Assembly (NCBI GenBank): GCA_963770685.1
Contig: CAVYQN010000008.1
Coordinates: 22,447-86,446 of the forward strand
From: Candidatus Krumholzibacteriia bacterium
Lineage (GTDB): Bacteria; Krumholzibacteriota; Krumholzibacteriia; Krumholzibacteriales; Krumholzibacteriaceae
Length of the DNA: 64,000 bases
Direction: 5' to 3'
A program made the translations under genes and the position numbers. Of the stretch, positions 21,462 to 32,791 are shown in pieces. Under the pieces are notes generated by a model. That model was not told where the DNA came from, made no database searches, and saw nothing but the letters and a program-made list of their open reading frames with translations. The first letter of the stretch is position 1. Every line of letters starts with the position of its first letter.

Positions 21462-22202
21462 ATGACCGTTTATATCGTGGAAAAATCATCCGTCTTTCCG
21501 GCTCCCGACGCAAGTGGTGTGCACGTCTGGATATCGCGTAATCCCCCGCCCGGTGCTTTCGGTCGGTTCGCCCTTTCGAAAGAGGAGGAGGATCGTTCGT
21601 CGCGATTCATCCGGCCCGGCGACAGGGAGAGGTACATCGGTGCCCGCGTCGTCTTGAAAACCGTACTCGCCGGATATTCGGGGCTTCGCCCGGAGGAGAT
21701 AAGGCTCGGCGCGGGTCCGGGCGGCAAACCGCGTCTGGAAGGCAGCCGCACCGTTTCATTTTCCGACTTCAATATGGCCCACTCGGGTTCGATCATCCTA
21801 GTCGGAGTCGCGTGGGGATGCAGGGTGGGGGTCGATGTGGAGGAGATCGGGGACGATTGCGACATCCCGGCGATAGCCGGGCGCCATCTTCACCCGGTCG
21901 AGGCGGCGATCATCGAAACCCTCGGCGGGGATCTCCGGAAACGCGCCTTCCACGATCTCTGGACACGGAAGGAGGCATACTCCAAGGCGCTGGGAGAGGG
22001 CTTGTCGCTTCCGCCTCGGAGCTATTATTTCAATGAGGATGAAAACGGAGTAACGAAGATATCTGAGGCGGCGGGAAACGCCGACGGACCGCCCACTTGG
22101 CGGATAATCCCACTGGAACCGGCTCCGGGGTATTCCGGCGCCGCGGCCTTCGACGACCCGGGGGCCGTGGTGCGTTGCTTCGAATTCGATCCGCGACCGT
22201 GA
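21462..22202 (+). CDS. Sfp-type 4'-phosphopantetheinyl transferase
   Basis: LSKEE..R..RF, GKP, FNMAHSG, VGVDVE and WTRKEAYSKALGEGL motifs. Confidence 0.93.
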   Translation: MTVYIVEKSSVFPAPDASGVHVWISRNPPPGAFGRFALSKEEEDRSSRFIRPGDRERYIGARVVLKTVLAGYSGLRPEEIRLGAGPGGKPRLEGSRTVSFSDFNMAHSGSIILVGVAWGCRVGVDVEEIGDDCDIPAIAGRHLHPVEAAIIETLGGDLRKRAFHDLWTRKEAYSKALGEGLSLPPRSYYFNEDENGVTKISEAAGNADGPPTWRIIPLEPAPGYSGAAAFDDPGAVVRCFEFDPRP

Positions 22203-23639
22203 TCAGGATCTTCTCAACCGCCTCGTGAATTTAAGAAGTATCAGCCTCGCCTCGTCCAGTCCGGTCCTTGTGATTATGAAGAGGTAAACGGCGAGATAAA
22301 GAACCGAAAAAATGACCGCCTCCAGAATGGGGTTCATGTCGACCAGCATTCCGGCGAAGAGAACCGGAAGAGCGGCCGCGCAGGATGTTGATATGATGAG
22401 GATCTTCCTCCAGTCGACCAGCGTGGCCAGGGACAACCCGTAGATCGACATCACCTTCCACGCGAGATAGAACGTGAAGACGATCGACCCGGCGATGAAG
22501 GCTACGGGGGGTGCGTAAATTCCCATGAACCGGAAGAGGACGGCGATCAGGGCGATATTGACGACGAGATGGATGATGTTTCCGGACACGAAGAATATCG
22601 TCTTGTTTATGGCCCGAAGAGGGCTCGCGAGGTCGAAACACTGGATAAGCATCAGGGTCAGGTAGATTCGGAAGATCGGCACCGCCGAAAGATATTCTTT
22701 CGTGAACAGCGTGACGATGACGGTTTTCGCGAACCAGGAGAAAATAGCGAACAAGGGGAAGACCAGGAAGCAGAGGGCGACCGTGGCCTTTTTCCAGAGG
22801 ACGATCCTGTCGCGTTCGCTCGCCTGGGTCATCTCCGGGAAGAGGACGTCCATTATGCTCGAACGGACGACCTGTATTATCGGGACCTGGTAATTTCCGA
22901 TGCTGTATATCGCCAGCACGTTCGCTCCGAGTGTCGATGAGACCACGACCTTAGCGAGGTCGGTGCTGGTCCGGTCTATCGCCGAGGCCGATCCCATGGG
23001 CACGATGTAGCGGAGCTGCTCCCTGAGGAGCGGCCTGTCGATGCGGGCCGTGAACAGCCCGCGCGACGCCACGAGCACGAAAACGCACTTGACGACCTCA
23101 AGCAGGACGATGGTCCAGATCGCCGCCATGACGCTTCGCGTGATCCACGCCACCACGATGACGGCCGTCATTCTCACGATCGCCCGCGTGGCCGAGAAGT
23201 AGAGGACGTGATCGGTGCGCTTGCGTCCCGAGGCAGTAACTTTCCCAATACTCGAGGTTGAAATGGAAGAATACGAAGAGAATAAGGGGAAAAATGAAAT
23301 CGAAACTCGTCTTCGAAAGGATCAACCCTCTCCCGAAATAGACGGCTGCGGAGCCCAGGATAGCGACGCGATGAAAAGCATAAGGGCGGTCTGTGAGATT
23401 GTCTCGCGCTCCTTTTCCGGATACCTCGCTATGAAATAGATCGGGTTTGTGTGTATCGAGAAGAGCATTATCCCCGAAAGGAGAAAATAATAGAGAACGA
23501 ATTCCCTGTACTGCCCGTAAGAGGTCACGTCGAACAGCCTGACCATGAATATCGGCGAGAGTATCACCACGCCGAAGTTCATGATCCGGCATATCACCAG
23601 GATGAGGGTTCTTTTTGCCATCGAAGCCAAAATCCGCAC
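22203..23639 (-). CDS. Wzx-like oligosaccharide flippase (frameshift near 23230)
   Basis: VRLFDVTSYGQY, LREQLRYIVPMG, LAIYSIG and TLFTKEYLSAVPIFRIY; polytopic MOP-family pattern. Confidence 0.88.
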
Positions 23640-23652
23640 CTCGGTCCCGCAC

Positions 23653-26250
23653 TTATTCGATTATGAGCTTCCCGACGTTCGTGCCGCTGAAGAAATCGTC
23701 GTCCGTCAGTAGGTCGGCCGCCCGGTAATTCGGGTACTGGGTTTTTTGCGACATTCTCACCGATATCGTATATTCGCCGGGCGCGGCATCCGGCGGGACG
23801 GAAATAACGATGCTGTCGGCGACCTCCGTCGCGAGGGGCCACGTGTCGGGAGGAAGAACGCCGCCCAGCGGCTGGCTGTCGATCCTGAAGCGGTACCTGG
23901 TTCCTTTTATTTTCTCCAGGACCTTCCTGTATATCTTTCCGTACCATCGCCAGTAGATGGCCTTCCGCGGGAAATCGGTGTCGAATCTTATATGCGACGC
24001 GTAGCTTCCGAAAGGAACGGGTTCGTTCAACGCCCAGTAGATGACCGCGTCGAATTTCTCGCCCCGCCTGACGACGCTTCTCTTCGTTTCGAACCGCGAT
24101 ATGACGATTCCTTTTTCCCCTGATTCACGCGCCCCCGCGAGTTCCGCGGGCGAAAGCTCCATTCCGATGAAAGGCGGCGGAGGCGCCGCGCTCGAAAACT
24201 CGTGCGCGATTGAACGGTCGAATCTGAACAGGGCCGCGGCATTGTTTTCATACACTTTTTCAAAAACGAACCGGGCGGATTCGAGCATCGACGTGAGCGC
24301 CGAGTATTCGTCTCTCCCCGGCCGCCAGTACATCGTCTGTATCGATTCGGGAAGGCGGCCGTTCACGAGGATGTAATCCGCGCCGTATTTCTCCATGGTG
24401 CGCGCGACCAGCAGAGGCGTGGCAAGGGGCGAGAAGACGCTCCGGCAGTCCCTGAGCCTTTCGATCGCCGTCGAATCGTTCGGCGTCGAGTGCTGGTCGA
24501 AGGGGCAGACGACGAATTGCGCCGTGAAGGCCGGAAGGCTGAAGCTCGTTACCGGATCGGACAGGATGACGCTTCCTTCGGAGATATTTTCATTGATGTA
24601 GTCGTAAAGATCGGAGAGTCCGAGGGCGCTGTGCTCCCGGATTCGTTCCTTTTCGACCGGCGACCGGGAGAAGCCGCGCGTCGAAGATATTGCCGGCAGA
24701 ACGGCCAGCAGGATTATCGCGAGCCAGCCGGCTGCGAGGGTCCCAGGGCCGATATCCTTTCTCGCCCGGCGAAGCCTGTTCCAGAGCGCCGTTACCAGGA
24801 AGGAGCTCACGATGAGGGAAGGCACGACGAACTCCATTCGGATGATAAGGTAGGACAACCTGTGATGAAGGAACGGGAAAATGATGGGAGTGAAAACAAG
24901 TATGTAGTACGCGATCTGCAGCGAAAAAAGAAGTTTCAGGGTGTCGTCCCGTTTCGCGACTCTCCGGAGAAGGGGTATCGCCGCGAGCGCGAGAAGGCCG
25001 ATCAATCCGGCCTCCTGCAGAAAAACGACCGGGTTGAGCACGAACAATTTTTGCGTAATGTACATCACGCCCTGCGTGTGGGTGTGAAGCGGGTTGGCGG
25101 GCGCGTAGTCCCTGAAATAGCGTAGAAGAAGGTACGGGGCGTTGACCAGGGCGATCAATGCGGCCGGGATCAGAATCCGTGACACCGGGACGGAAGCGTT
25201 CTTCACCCGCCTTGTAACCGCCGGAAGGATCAGGAAGACGGTCGCACACATGAAAGCGATGATTACCAGATGCGCTATGTGAGCCCCTGTAGCGGCTATC
25301 GAAGCGGCCGACAAAAACGCCAGCACGCGCCGGCTGCCGGATCGAAGCAGCCCCGGGACGGCCGTGAGCAGGGCGATATAATAGGCGCATCCCATTGTGA
25401 ATCCCGCGCCCATCGAGGCGAGATGGTACCCGCCGAGCCCGCCCCTGTAAGCTAATATGAAAAGGAAGACGGCAACGAGCCCCGTGGCCTGGCTGCCGAA
25501 AAGAGCGAACCCGGCGCAGTAGAGGGCGAGCATCATGGAGAGGGCGCCGATGGAGGACGCGACGGGCCAGATGGGCCAGGCGTCGGCGCGGCCCGTGAGG
25601 GCGTTGACGGAACCGAGAAGGGCGTGCATCATCCCCTTGCGGATGTCATGCGTGAGGATCCCGCCGCCTCGGTAATAGAACCGGTCCGGGAAGGCCTCGT
25701 GCGTTCGCGAAACCGCCGAGAGCCAGGCTATGTGGTCGGGCGAATCCCCCGAGAGAAGGACGGGGTCGCCGCCGGAGAATACGAGAAACAGGACCCCCGC
25801 CATCAGAAGAAGCAGGATGACGATCCCGGCGCGCCTTTCGCGCGTGGCGGCTCCCGGGGCGAAGAGGGCCGGGAACACTTCGATTTCGAAGCCTGAGGAT
25901 TTATCCTTTTCCCCATTGTCCGCCCGGGCAGGCCACAGCGCGAGAATCACGACGGCGGGCGGTATTATGAACCGTATTACGGCAACGTCCAGCCGCGCGA
26001 GCGCTATGACGAACAACACGGCGAAGGAGAGGGCCGTTCCGAATACCAGCGCCGCCAGCACCCGGAGTGAACCTTTGGTCGATGGAAGAATCAGGGAAGA
26101 CAGCAGAAGCCCGGGGACGATTACGATGTAAAGAAAGAAAAAGGAGAAGAGCAATCGATGGAAAGGCACGATCCCGGGGAAAAGGCTCAGGATGACGAAC
26201 AATACCGTCAGCGCGATTGATGACGCAGCAAGCTTCTTTTTTTCGATCAT
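23653..26250 (-). CDS. Large polytopic membrane protein, putative GT-C glycosyltransferase
   Basis: IVPG and GDSPDH loop; many TMs; LYDYINENISEGSVILSDP; YGADYILVN; C-terminal Ig-like PPDAAPGEYTI region. Confidence 0.7.
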   Translation of the reverse strand: MIEKKKLAASSIALTVLFVILSLFPGIVPFHRLLFSFFFLYIVIVPGLLLSSLILPSTKGSLRVLAALVFGTALSFAVLFVIALARLDVAVIRFIIPPAVVILALWPARADNGEKDKSSGFEIEVFPALFAPGAATRERRAGIVILLLLMAGVLFLVFSGGDPVLLSGDSPDHIAWLSAVSRTHEAFPDRFYYRGGGILTHDIRKGMMHALLGSVNALTGRADAWPIWPVASSIGALSMMLALYCAGFALFGSQATGLVAVFLFILAYRGGLGGYHLASMGAGFTMGCAYYIALLTAVPGLLRSGSRRVLAFLSAASIAATGAHIAHLVIIAFMCATVFLILPAVTRRVKNASVPVSRILIPAALIALVNAPYLLLRYFRDYAPANPLHTHTQGVMYITQKLFVLNPVVFLQEAGLIGLLALAAIPLLRRVAKRDDTLKLLFSLQIAYYILVFTPIIFPFLHHRLSYLIIRMEFVVPSLIVSSFLVTALWNRLRRARKDIGPGTLAAGWLAIILLAVLPAISSTRGFSRSPVEKERIREHSALGLSDLYDYINENISEGSVILSDPVTSFSLPAFTAQFVVCPFDQHSTPNDSTAIERLRDCRSVFSPLATPLLVARTMEKYGADYILVNGRLPESIQTMYWRPGRDEYSALTSMLESARFVFEKVYENNAAALFRFDRSIAHEFSSAAPPPPFIGMELSPAELAGARESGEKGIVISRFETKRSVVRRGEKFDAVIYWALNEPVPFGSYASHIRFDTDFPRKAIYWRWYGKIYRKVLEKIKGTRYRFRIDSQPLGGVLPPDTWPLATEVADSIVISVPPDAAPGEYTISVRMSQKTQYPNYRAADLLTDDDFFSGTNVGKLIIE

Positions 26251-26397
26251 TTCATGTGGCCGCTTTCCGTTTCGATTCCCGCCGTTACGTTTCACGCCCG
26301 GTGGCCCGGTTCTTATCGACATTCGACGGCCCAGTATACAGACTGCGTTCCGATATGACAATAAAGAACTGGCTCGGCGGCGCGAGTCTTCCGCTGA

Positions 26398-26426
26398 TTG
26401 ACAAATATTCGAAAATGCAATACAGT
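26398..26426 (+). promoter_or_regulatory. Putative sigma70 promoter of the NRPS
   Basis: TTGACA, 17-nt spacer, TACAGT; AGGAGG RBS precedes the ATG at 26548. Confidence 0.6.
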
Positions 26427-26547
26427 GCGACGGCGTGCGGGGCGTCCGCGGGTCAGCCCGACGGAAAGCGCGAGGATTTGCCACGAAAAAGGAAAGCGCG
26501 CGCCGCCGGCGTTTCGCCGATGGGAATTCAGGAGGTTATCGGCCCGA

Positions 26548-29500
26548 ATGAGTAATGTCATCGATTCCTATCCGCTGTCTCCCCTGCAGGAAGGGATGCT
26601 GTTCAACGCGCTATTCGCGCCCCACTCGGGCGTCGACATCACGCAGATCATCTGCCGGATGCACCACTCCCTGGATGTCGCGGCCTTTGAACGCGCCTGG
26701 CGGGGGGTCGTCGAGCGCCACGCAATCCTCAGGACCGGTTTCAGATGGGAGGGCCTCGAGGAACCGCTTCAGGAGGTGCACGCGGCCGCCGACCTCGAAT
26801 TCGTCGCCGTCGATCTTGGCGGCCTCGGGCCGGCGGAGCAGAATGAGCGTCTCGAGGCGCACCTCGCGGCGGACCGTAAGCGCGGATTCGACATCTCCTC
26901 CCCCCGCTGATACGGGTCGCCGTCTTCCGGCTTTCCGCCGGAGAGAACATTCTGGTATGGCCGCTCCATCACCTCCTTCTCGACGCCTATTCCTGCGCCA
27001 TGATCCTCAAAGAGGCGTTCACGATATACGAAGCTGAGCTGGAGGGAAGGAGCATCGATCTCGGGCCATCGCCGCCTTTCAGAAAATATATCGAGTGGCT
27101 GCAGGGGCAGGACGCGGCGGCTGCCGAGCATTTCTGGCGCGATCTCCTCAAGGGTTACACGGCTCCGATATCGCTTTCGATCGCGCACGATCCGCGGCGG
27201 CTTTCGAAGATCGGCCGTATCTACGGGAAAAGGGAAATATTGCTTCCGCCGCGCGTCAGGGAGGTGCTCAAGCCGTTCGCCAGGCAGAACGGATTCACGC
27301 TCTACACCTGTTTCCAGGCGGCGTGGTCGATCATACTCTCGCGTTACAGCGGTTCGAAGGATGTTCTCTTCGCTTCGGTGAGGGGTTGCCGCGGGGTTCC
27401 GATCGAGAACGCCTCCTCGATTATCGGGATGTTCATAAACACGCTCCCCGTACGGGCGAAGATCGACGAAACGATGCCTCTGGCGGACCTGCTCAAGGGC
27501 CTGCGCGCGCAGCATATAGAGACGCGGGCCTTCGAGCACAGCCCGCTCGCGAAGATTCAGCGATGGAGCGAAGTGCCGCCGGGGATGCCGCTGTTCGAAA
27601 GCCTCATGAACTACGAGAGCCGGCCGTGGGACTCGCTGCTCGCCTCGTTCGGGGGAAATTTCCCGAAGCGCGAATGGGACGTCCGGCATCAGACGAATAT
27701 TCCGATCGGGCTCGACGTCTATGAGGAGCCCGAGACCCGCATCGTCGTCGATTACGACCTCGGCATGTTCGACGCGGGGGCGATGGAGGCGATGCTGGGC
27801 CATTACGGCAGGCTGCTCGGCGCGATGGCGGAGAATCCGGACCGAGCGGTGGGCGACCTTCCGATGCTAACCGAAAGCGAACTGAAAACGATACTGATCG
27901 ACTGGAACAGGACCGGCGCGGAATATCCGCGCGAGGCGACGATACACGGCCTCTTCGAGGTGAAGGTGAAAGAGTCGCCGGAAGCAGTTGCTGTCGTGGC
28001 CGACGGCGGTTCGATTACGTACCGGGAACTGAACGGCAGGGCCAACAGGCTGGCCCATCTGCTGCGGAAACTGGGCGTCGGCCCGGACACGCCCGTGGCC
28101 GTATGCCTCGGACGCGGTATCGATCTTGTCACGGCTCTTCTCGGAGCGCTCAAGTCGGGGGGCACTTATGTCCCCATGGACCCTTCGTATCCGCCGGAAC
28201 GCCTCGCCTTCATGCTGGAGGACACGAACGCTCCCGTGCTTGTCACCGACGAGGCGTTGTCGAAGACGCTTGCCGGGCACAAGGCCCGGGCGATACTGAT
28301 GGACGCGGGATGGGACGAGGTCGCGGCCGAGCCGGACGGTGATCCCGCCGGGGGGGCGGGGCCGGAAAACCTTTGCTACGTCATATACACCTCTGGATCG
28401 ACCGGGCTTCCGAAGGGAGTATGCGTAAGGCACGAGAGCGTTGTGAACCTCTTCGCCGATTTCGACAGGCGAAAGCCGATAGAACCGGGCGCCCGGTGCA
28501 GCCTCTGGACGAGCGTCAGCTTCGACGTCTCGGTCTACGAGATCTTCACGGCCCTTCTTGCCGGGGGGACGTTGCACATCGCCTCCGACGCGATCCGTTT
28601 CGACAGCGCCCTGTTCATCGAATGGCTCGCAGCCAACGGCATATCGAGCGCCTATGTCCCGCCGCTGATGGTGAAGGATCTTCATTCGTGGGCGAAACAG
28701 AATCCGGGCAGGCTCGAACTCGGGCGTCTTCTCGTCGGAGTGGAGCCGATAAACGAAAAACTTCTCGCCGAAATAATGGGAATGGTGCCTGGCCTCGCGA
28801 TCATCAACGGATACGGGCCGACCGAGGCGACGATCTGCGCGACGCTCTACGACGTGAGGCCTGACACGGCGGGCGAGAGAAACACCCCGATAGGGAAACC
28901 GGTTCAGAATTCCCGGGTCCTTCTGCTCGATCCCATGATGCGTCCGGTCCCGGTGGGCATAGCGGGCGAGGTTCTTATCGGAGGGAAGGGGCTCGCGCGC
29001 GATTATCTGAACCGTCCCGAGCTTACGGCGGAGAAATTCGTCCCCGATCCCTTCGGCGACCGGCCGGGCGGGAGGCTCTACAAAACGGGCGATACGGCGA
29101 AATTCCTCTCAGACGGCAACATCGAGTTCATAGGCCGCCGCGACAATCAGGTCAAGATGCGCGGTTTCCGCGTCGAGCTCGGCGAGATCGAGTTCGCCCT
29201 GAGGCGCCACGAATCGGTGAGGGACGCGGTCGTCGTGGCGAAGGAGGACAGGGCGGGGATAAACAGGCTCGTTGCCTACATTGTCCCTGCCGCGGCTGGA
29301 TCGGATGCGGGACAAAACGCGCCGGACGGACGGACGGCTGTCAGCGCGGCCGAGCTCAGGAATTTCCTCAGGGAGAAGCTCCCCGATTACATGGTGCCGA
29401 CCGCTTACGTAACGATGGATTCGTTACCCCTGACCCCGAACGGCAAGCTCGACAAGGCGGCCCTGCCCGAGCCGGAGATAACGAGAGCAGACATCAGCAG

Positions 29501-30566
29501 TTCATATGTTGCCCCGAGAACCGAAATCGAGATGCAGCTATCCCAGATATGGGAAAAGGTGATCGGCATCAATCCCATCGGTGTAAATGACAACTTTTTC
29601 GACCTCGGGGGGCATTCGCTTCTCGCTGTGAGGCTCTTCACCGAGATAGCGCGGGTCTTCGGGACGAACATCCCGCTCGCCGCGATATTCCAGTCCCCGA
29701 CGATCGGGCAGATCGCCGTGATGATCGGGGGAAGCGGTGCGGCGAGGCCGGGAGGATCGCTCGTAACGATTCAACCGACTGGAACGAAACCTCCACTATT
29801 TTTCGTTCACGCGTACGGAGGCGGAGTCTTCTTCTACCGCGAGCTTTCAGACCATCTCGGGACCGACCAGCCCTTCTACGGCCTTCAAGCCGTCGGCATC
29901 GACGGCAAGGAGCGCCCTCAGGGAAGTGTGGAGGAGATGGCGGCCCACTATATAGACGCGATAAAGACCGTGCAGCCGAAGGGCCCGTATTACGTTGGCG
30001 GGAGATGCCTCGGAGCGTACGTCGCCTTCGAGATGGCGAGCCAGCTTTTCAGGCAGGGGGAAAGGATCGCCCTTCTCGCCATCCTCGACAGCTACTGGGC
30101 GCCCCCCGAGGCGGCCGCGAAAAGGCCGGGGGTCGCCGGGCACATGAAGAAACTGGCCACTGGCGGATTCAACGAGCGGGTGAAGTATCTCTCCGAGCAC
30201 GCGGGGAACAGGATGATGAAGACGAAGCTGCGTCTCGCACGTGTCGCCAGCGACATCTCCTTCAGAATGGGACGCCCCGTCCCGCTGTTCATGAAGGATT
30301 TCTATATCAACTATCTCATACCGCACGCCAACATGAAGGCTGAACGGCGTTACGCGCCTCCTGTTTATCCGGGGCTGATAACATTTTTCCAGGCCACAGC
30401 GGAGATCGAGCGCGACCCGAGGTTGTTCTGGGGCAGGCTCACCTCGGAAGGGGTGGAGGTTCACATGGTTCCGGCCACTCACAAGGACATCCTCGTGGAG
30501 CCCAATGTTCACGTTCTCGCGGAAAAGATGGAAAAGGTGCTCGAGAAAGCGCGAAGCGAGGCTTGA
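26548..30566 (+). CDS. Single-module NRPS, C-A-T-TE (frameshift in a C6 run at 26900-26905)
   Basis: C: YPLSPLQEGMLF, HHLLLD, GMFINTLP. A: YTSGSTGLPKG, SFDVS, NGYGPTE, LYKTGD, QVKMRGFRVELGEIE, NGKLD. T: FFDLGGHSLL. TE: LFFVH, PKGPY..GGRCLG, PATH. Confidence 0.95.
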
Positions 30567-30771
30567 AGCCCGGCGGTCCCGGGCAAACGACTACCAACCC
30601 GATCCACCTCCGTTTCTCTCCGTGCCCTTTCCCGCGGCGGCATGAAAGGCGCGTTCCCCCGCCCCCTCCCCAGTAATCGATTGACACCAAGTCCTTTTCC
30701 TGTGCTACTATCGCACCGGAAAACCGCGCCGTTTGTCTATTAACTCTCCACGCCCAGGGCAAGGAGGAAAA

Positions 30772-32748
30772 ATGGAACAGAAAAAAGGCTCCGGCGGGCT
30801 GCCGGCCAACGCGTACAAGGTCCTTCAGCCCGGCGAGCAGTACGTCCCGTACGTGCCGGCGGGCACGATCATACCCGAGATCACGGTCCGTTCGGTCGCG
30901 ATGGGGCTCCTCATGGCCTTCATATTCACCGCGGCGGCGGCCTACCTCGGCCTCAAGATAGGCCAGGTCTTCGAGGCGGCGATCCCCATCGCGATCCTAG
31001 CGGTAGGGCTTGGCGGCATCTTCAAGAGGCGAAGCACGATCCTCGAAAACGTCATCATACAATCGATCGGGTCCACTTCGGGCGCGGTTGTCGCGGGGAT
31101 GATCTTCACCCTCCCGGCGATCATCATCCTCGGGCTCGAACTCAAATTCTACCAGACCTTCATATCGGCCCTTCTCGGCGGTTTTCTCGGGATTCTATTC
31201 CTCGTTCCGCTGAGAAGATATTTCGTCAAGGAGCAGCACGGGCATCTTCCCTTCCCCGAGGGGACGGCGATCAACGAGGTGCTCGTCACAGGCGAGAAGG
31301 GGGGCGACCAGGCGAAGGTCCTGATCGTCGCCGCCCTGATCGGAGGGATATACGATTTCTGCATAGCGACCTTCGGGTTCTGGAGCGAGGTCATCTCGAC
31401 GCGCCTCCTGCCGCCCCTCGCGATGGTGGCGGACAAGGCCAAGCTCGTCGTAAAGGTGAACGCAGGCGCGGCCGTGATGGGGCTCGGATACATCATCGGG
31501 ATGAAATATTCCACCATCATAACCTGCGGGAGCCTCCTTTCCTGGCTCGTTTTCATACCGGCTGTCTGGCTTCTCTCGCCGCACCTCGGATCGTTCCTCG
31601 GGTCGGCGGCCGGGCCTGTATCGCAGATGTCGCCCGAGGAGATATTCACAAATTACGTGCGGCACATAGGGATCGGCGGGATAGCGGTCGCGGGGATCAT
31701 CGGGGTTATCAAGTCTTCGAAGATCATTGTCTCCTCCTTCAGCGTCGGGATCAGGGAAATGTTCGCCGGCAAGGGGGCCGGCGCCGCGAAGACCGAGAGG
31801 ACCGACACCGACCTCAACATGTCGATAGTGATCGGCGCCCTGATCATCACCCTTCTCGTCGTTCTTCTCTTCTTCGGCTTTGCCGTGGTCGATTCGTGGG
31901 GGATCGCCGTGATAGCGCTCATCGTGGTGAGCGTGATCAGTTTCCTCTTCACGACGGTGGCCGCGAGGGCGATTGCGATAGTGGGGATGAACCCGGTCTC
32001 CGGGATGACACTGATGACTTTGATTCTCTCGAGCCTGATTCTCGTCAAGGCGGGCCTCTCGGGCCCGGCGGGGATGGTCTCGGCTCTTATCATAGGCGGG
32101 GTCGTCTGCACGGCTCTTTCGACGGCGGGGTCGTTCATCACCGACCTCAAGGTGGGTTACTGGCTCGGCTCGTCGCCGAACAAACAGGAGGGGTACAAGT
32201 TCCTCGGGATCATCGTCGCCGCGGCGAGCGTGACCGGGGTGATCATGCTTCTCGACAGGGTCTACGGCTTCACCGGGAACACGCCGATGGCCGCGCCGCA
32301 GGCGAACGCCATGGCGGCCGTGATACAGGCTCTCATGTCCGACGCCCAGACTCCATGGGGGCTTTACATAACGGGCGGGGTGATAGCGGTCATACTCGAG
32401 CTTCTGAAGATTTCGCCCCTTTCCTTCGCGCTCGGGATGTACCTTCCGATACAGCTCGTCACGCCGCTTTTCGTCGGCGGGCTCGTGGCGCATTTCGTCG
32501 GGCGCAGCAGCAAAAATGAGGAGATCTCCTCGAAGAGGAAGGACAGGGGCACCCTGATCGCCTCCGGGTTCATCGCCGGCGGCGCGCTGATGGGAGTCGT
32601 AAGCGCCTTAGTCGCCTTCTTCGGATGGAACGAGTTCCTGCACACAGGGTTCGGCGAGACCACGATGGGCGGGGCCCTCAGCGTGATTCTCTTCACGGGG
32701 CTCTGCCTCTACATGTATTTCGACTCGAAGAAGGGGGCGGCGGAATAG
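30772..32748 (+). CDS. OPT family oligopeptide transporter
   Basis: YLGLKIG, AAIPIAIL, ILENVIIQSIGS, LPFPEGTA, NPVSGMT, DLKVGYWLG, APQANAM, ASGFIAG. Confidence 0.95.
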   Translation: MEQKKGSGGLPANAYKVLQPGEQYVPYVPAGTIIPEITVRSVAMGLLMAFIFTAAAAYLGLKIGQVFEAAIPIAILAVGLGGIFKRRSTILENVIIQSIGSTSGAVVAGMIFTLPAIIILGLELKFYQTFISALLGGFLGILFLVPLRRYFVKEQHGHLPFPEGTAINEVLVTGEKGGDQAKVLIVAALIGGIYDFCIATFGFWSEVISTRLLPPLAMVADKAKLVVKVNAGAAVMGLGYIIGMKYSTIITCGSLLSWLVFIPAVWLLSPHLGSFLGSAAGPVSQMSPEEIFTNYVRHIGIGGIAVAGIIGVIKSSKIIVSSFSVGIREMFAGKGAGAAKTERTDTDLNMSIVIGALIITLLVVLLFFGFAVVDSWGIAVIALIVVSVISFLFTTVAARAIAIVGMNPVSGMTLMTLILSSLILVKAGLSGPAGMVSALIIGGVVCTALSTAGSFITDLKVGYWLGSSPNKQEGYKFLGIIVAAASVTGVIMLLDRVYGFTGNTPMAAPQANAMAAVIQALMSDAQTPWGLYITGGVIAVILELLKISPLSFALGMYLPIQLVTPLFVGGLVAHFVGRSSKNEEISSKRKDRGTLIASGFIAGGALMGVVSALVAFFGWNEFLHTGFGETTMGGALSVILFTGLCLYMYFDSKKGAAE

Positions 32749-32791
32749 CCCCGTTCGCGGCGCGGGCCGCGGCGGGCGCTGAAACGCGAAA

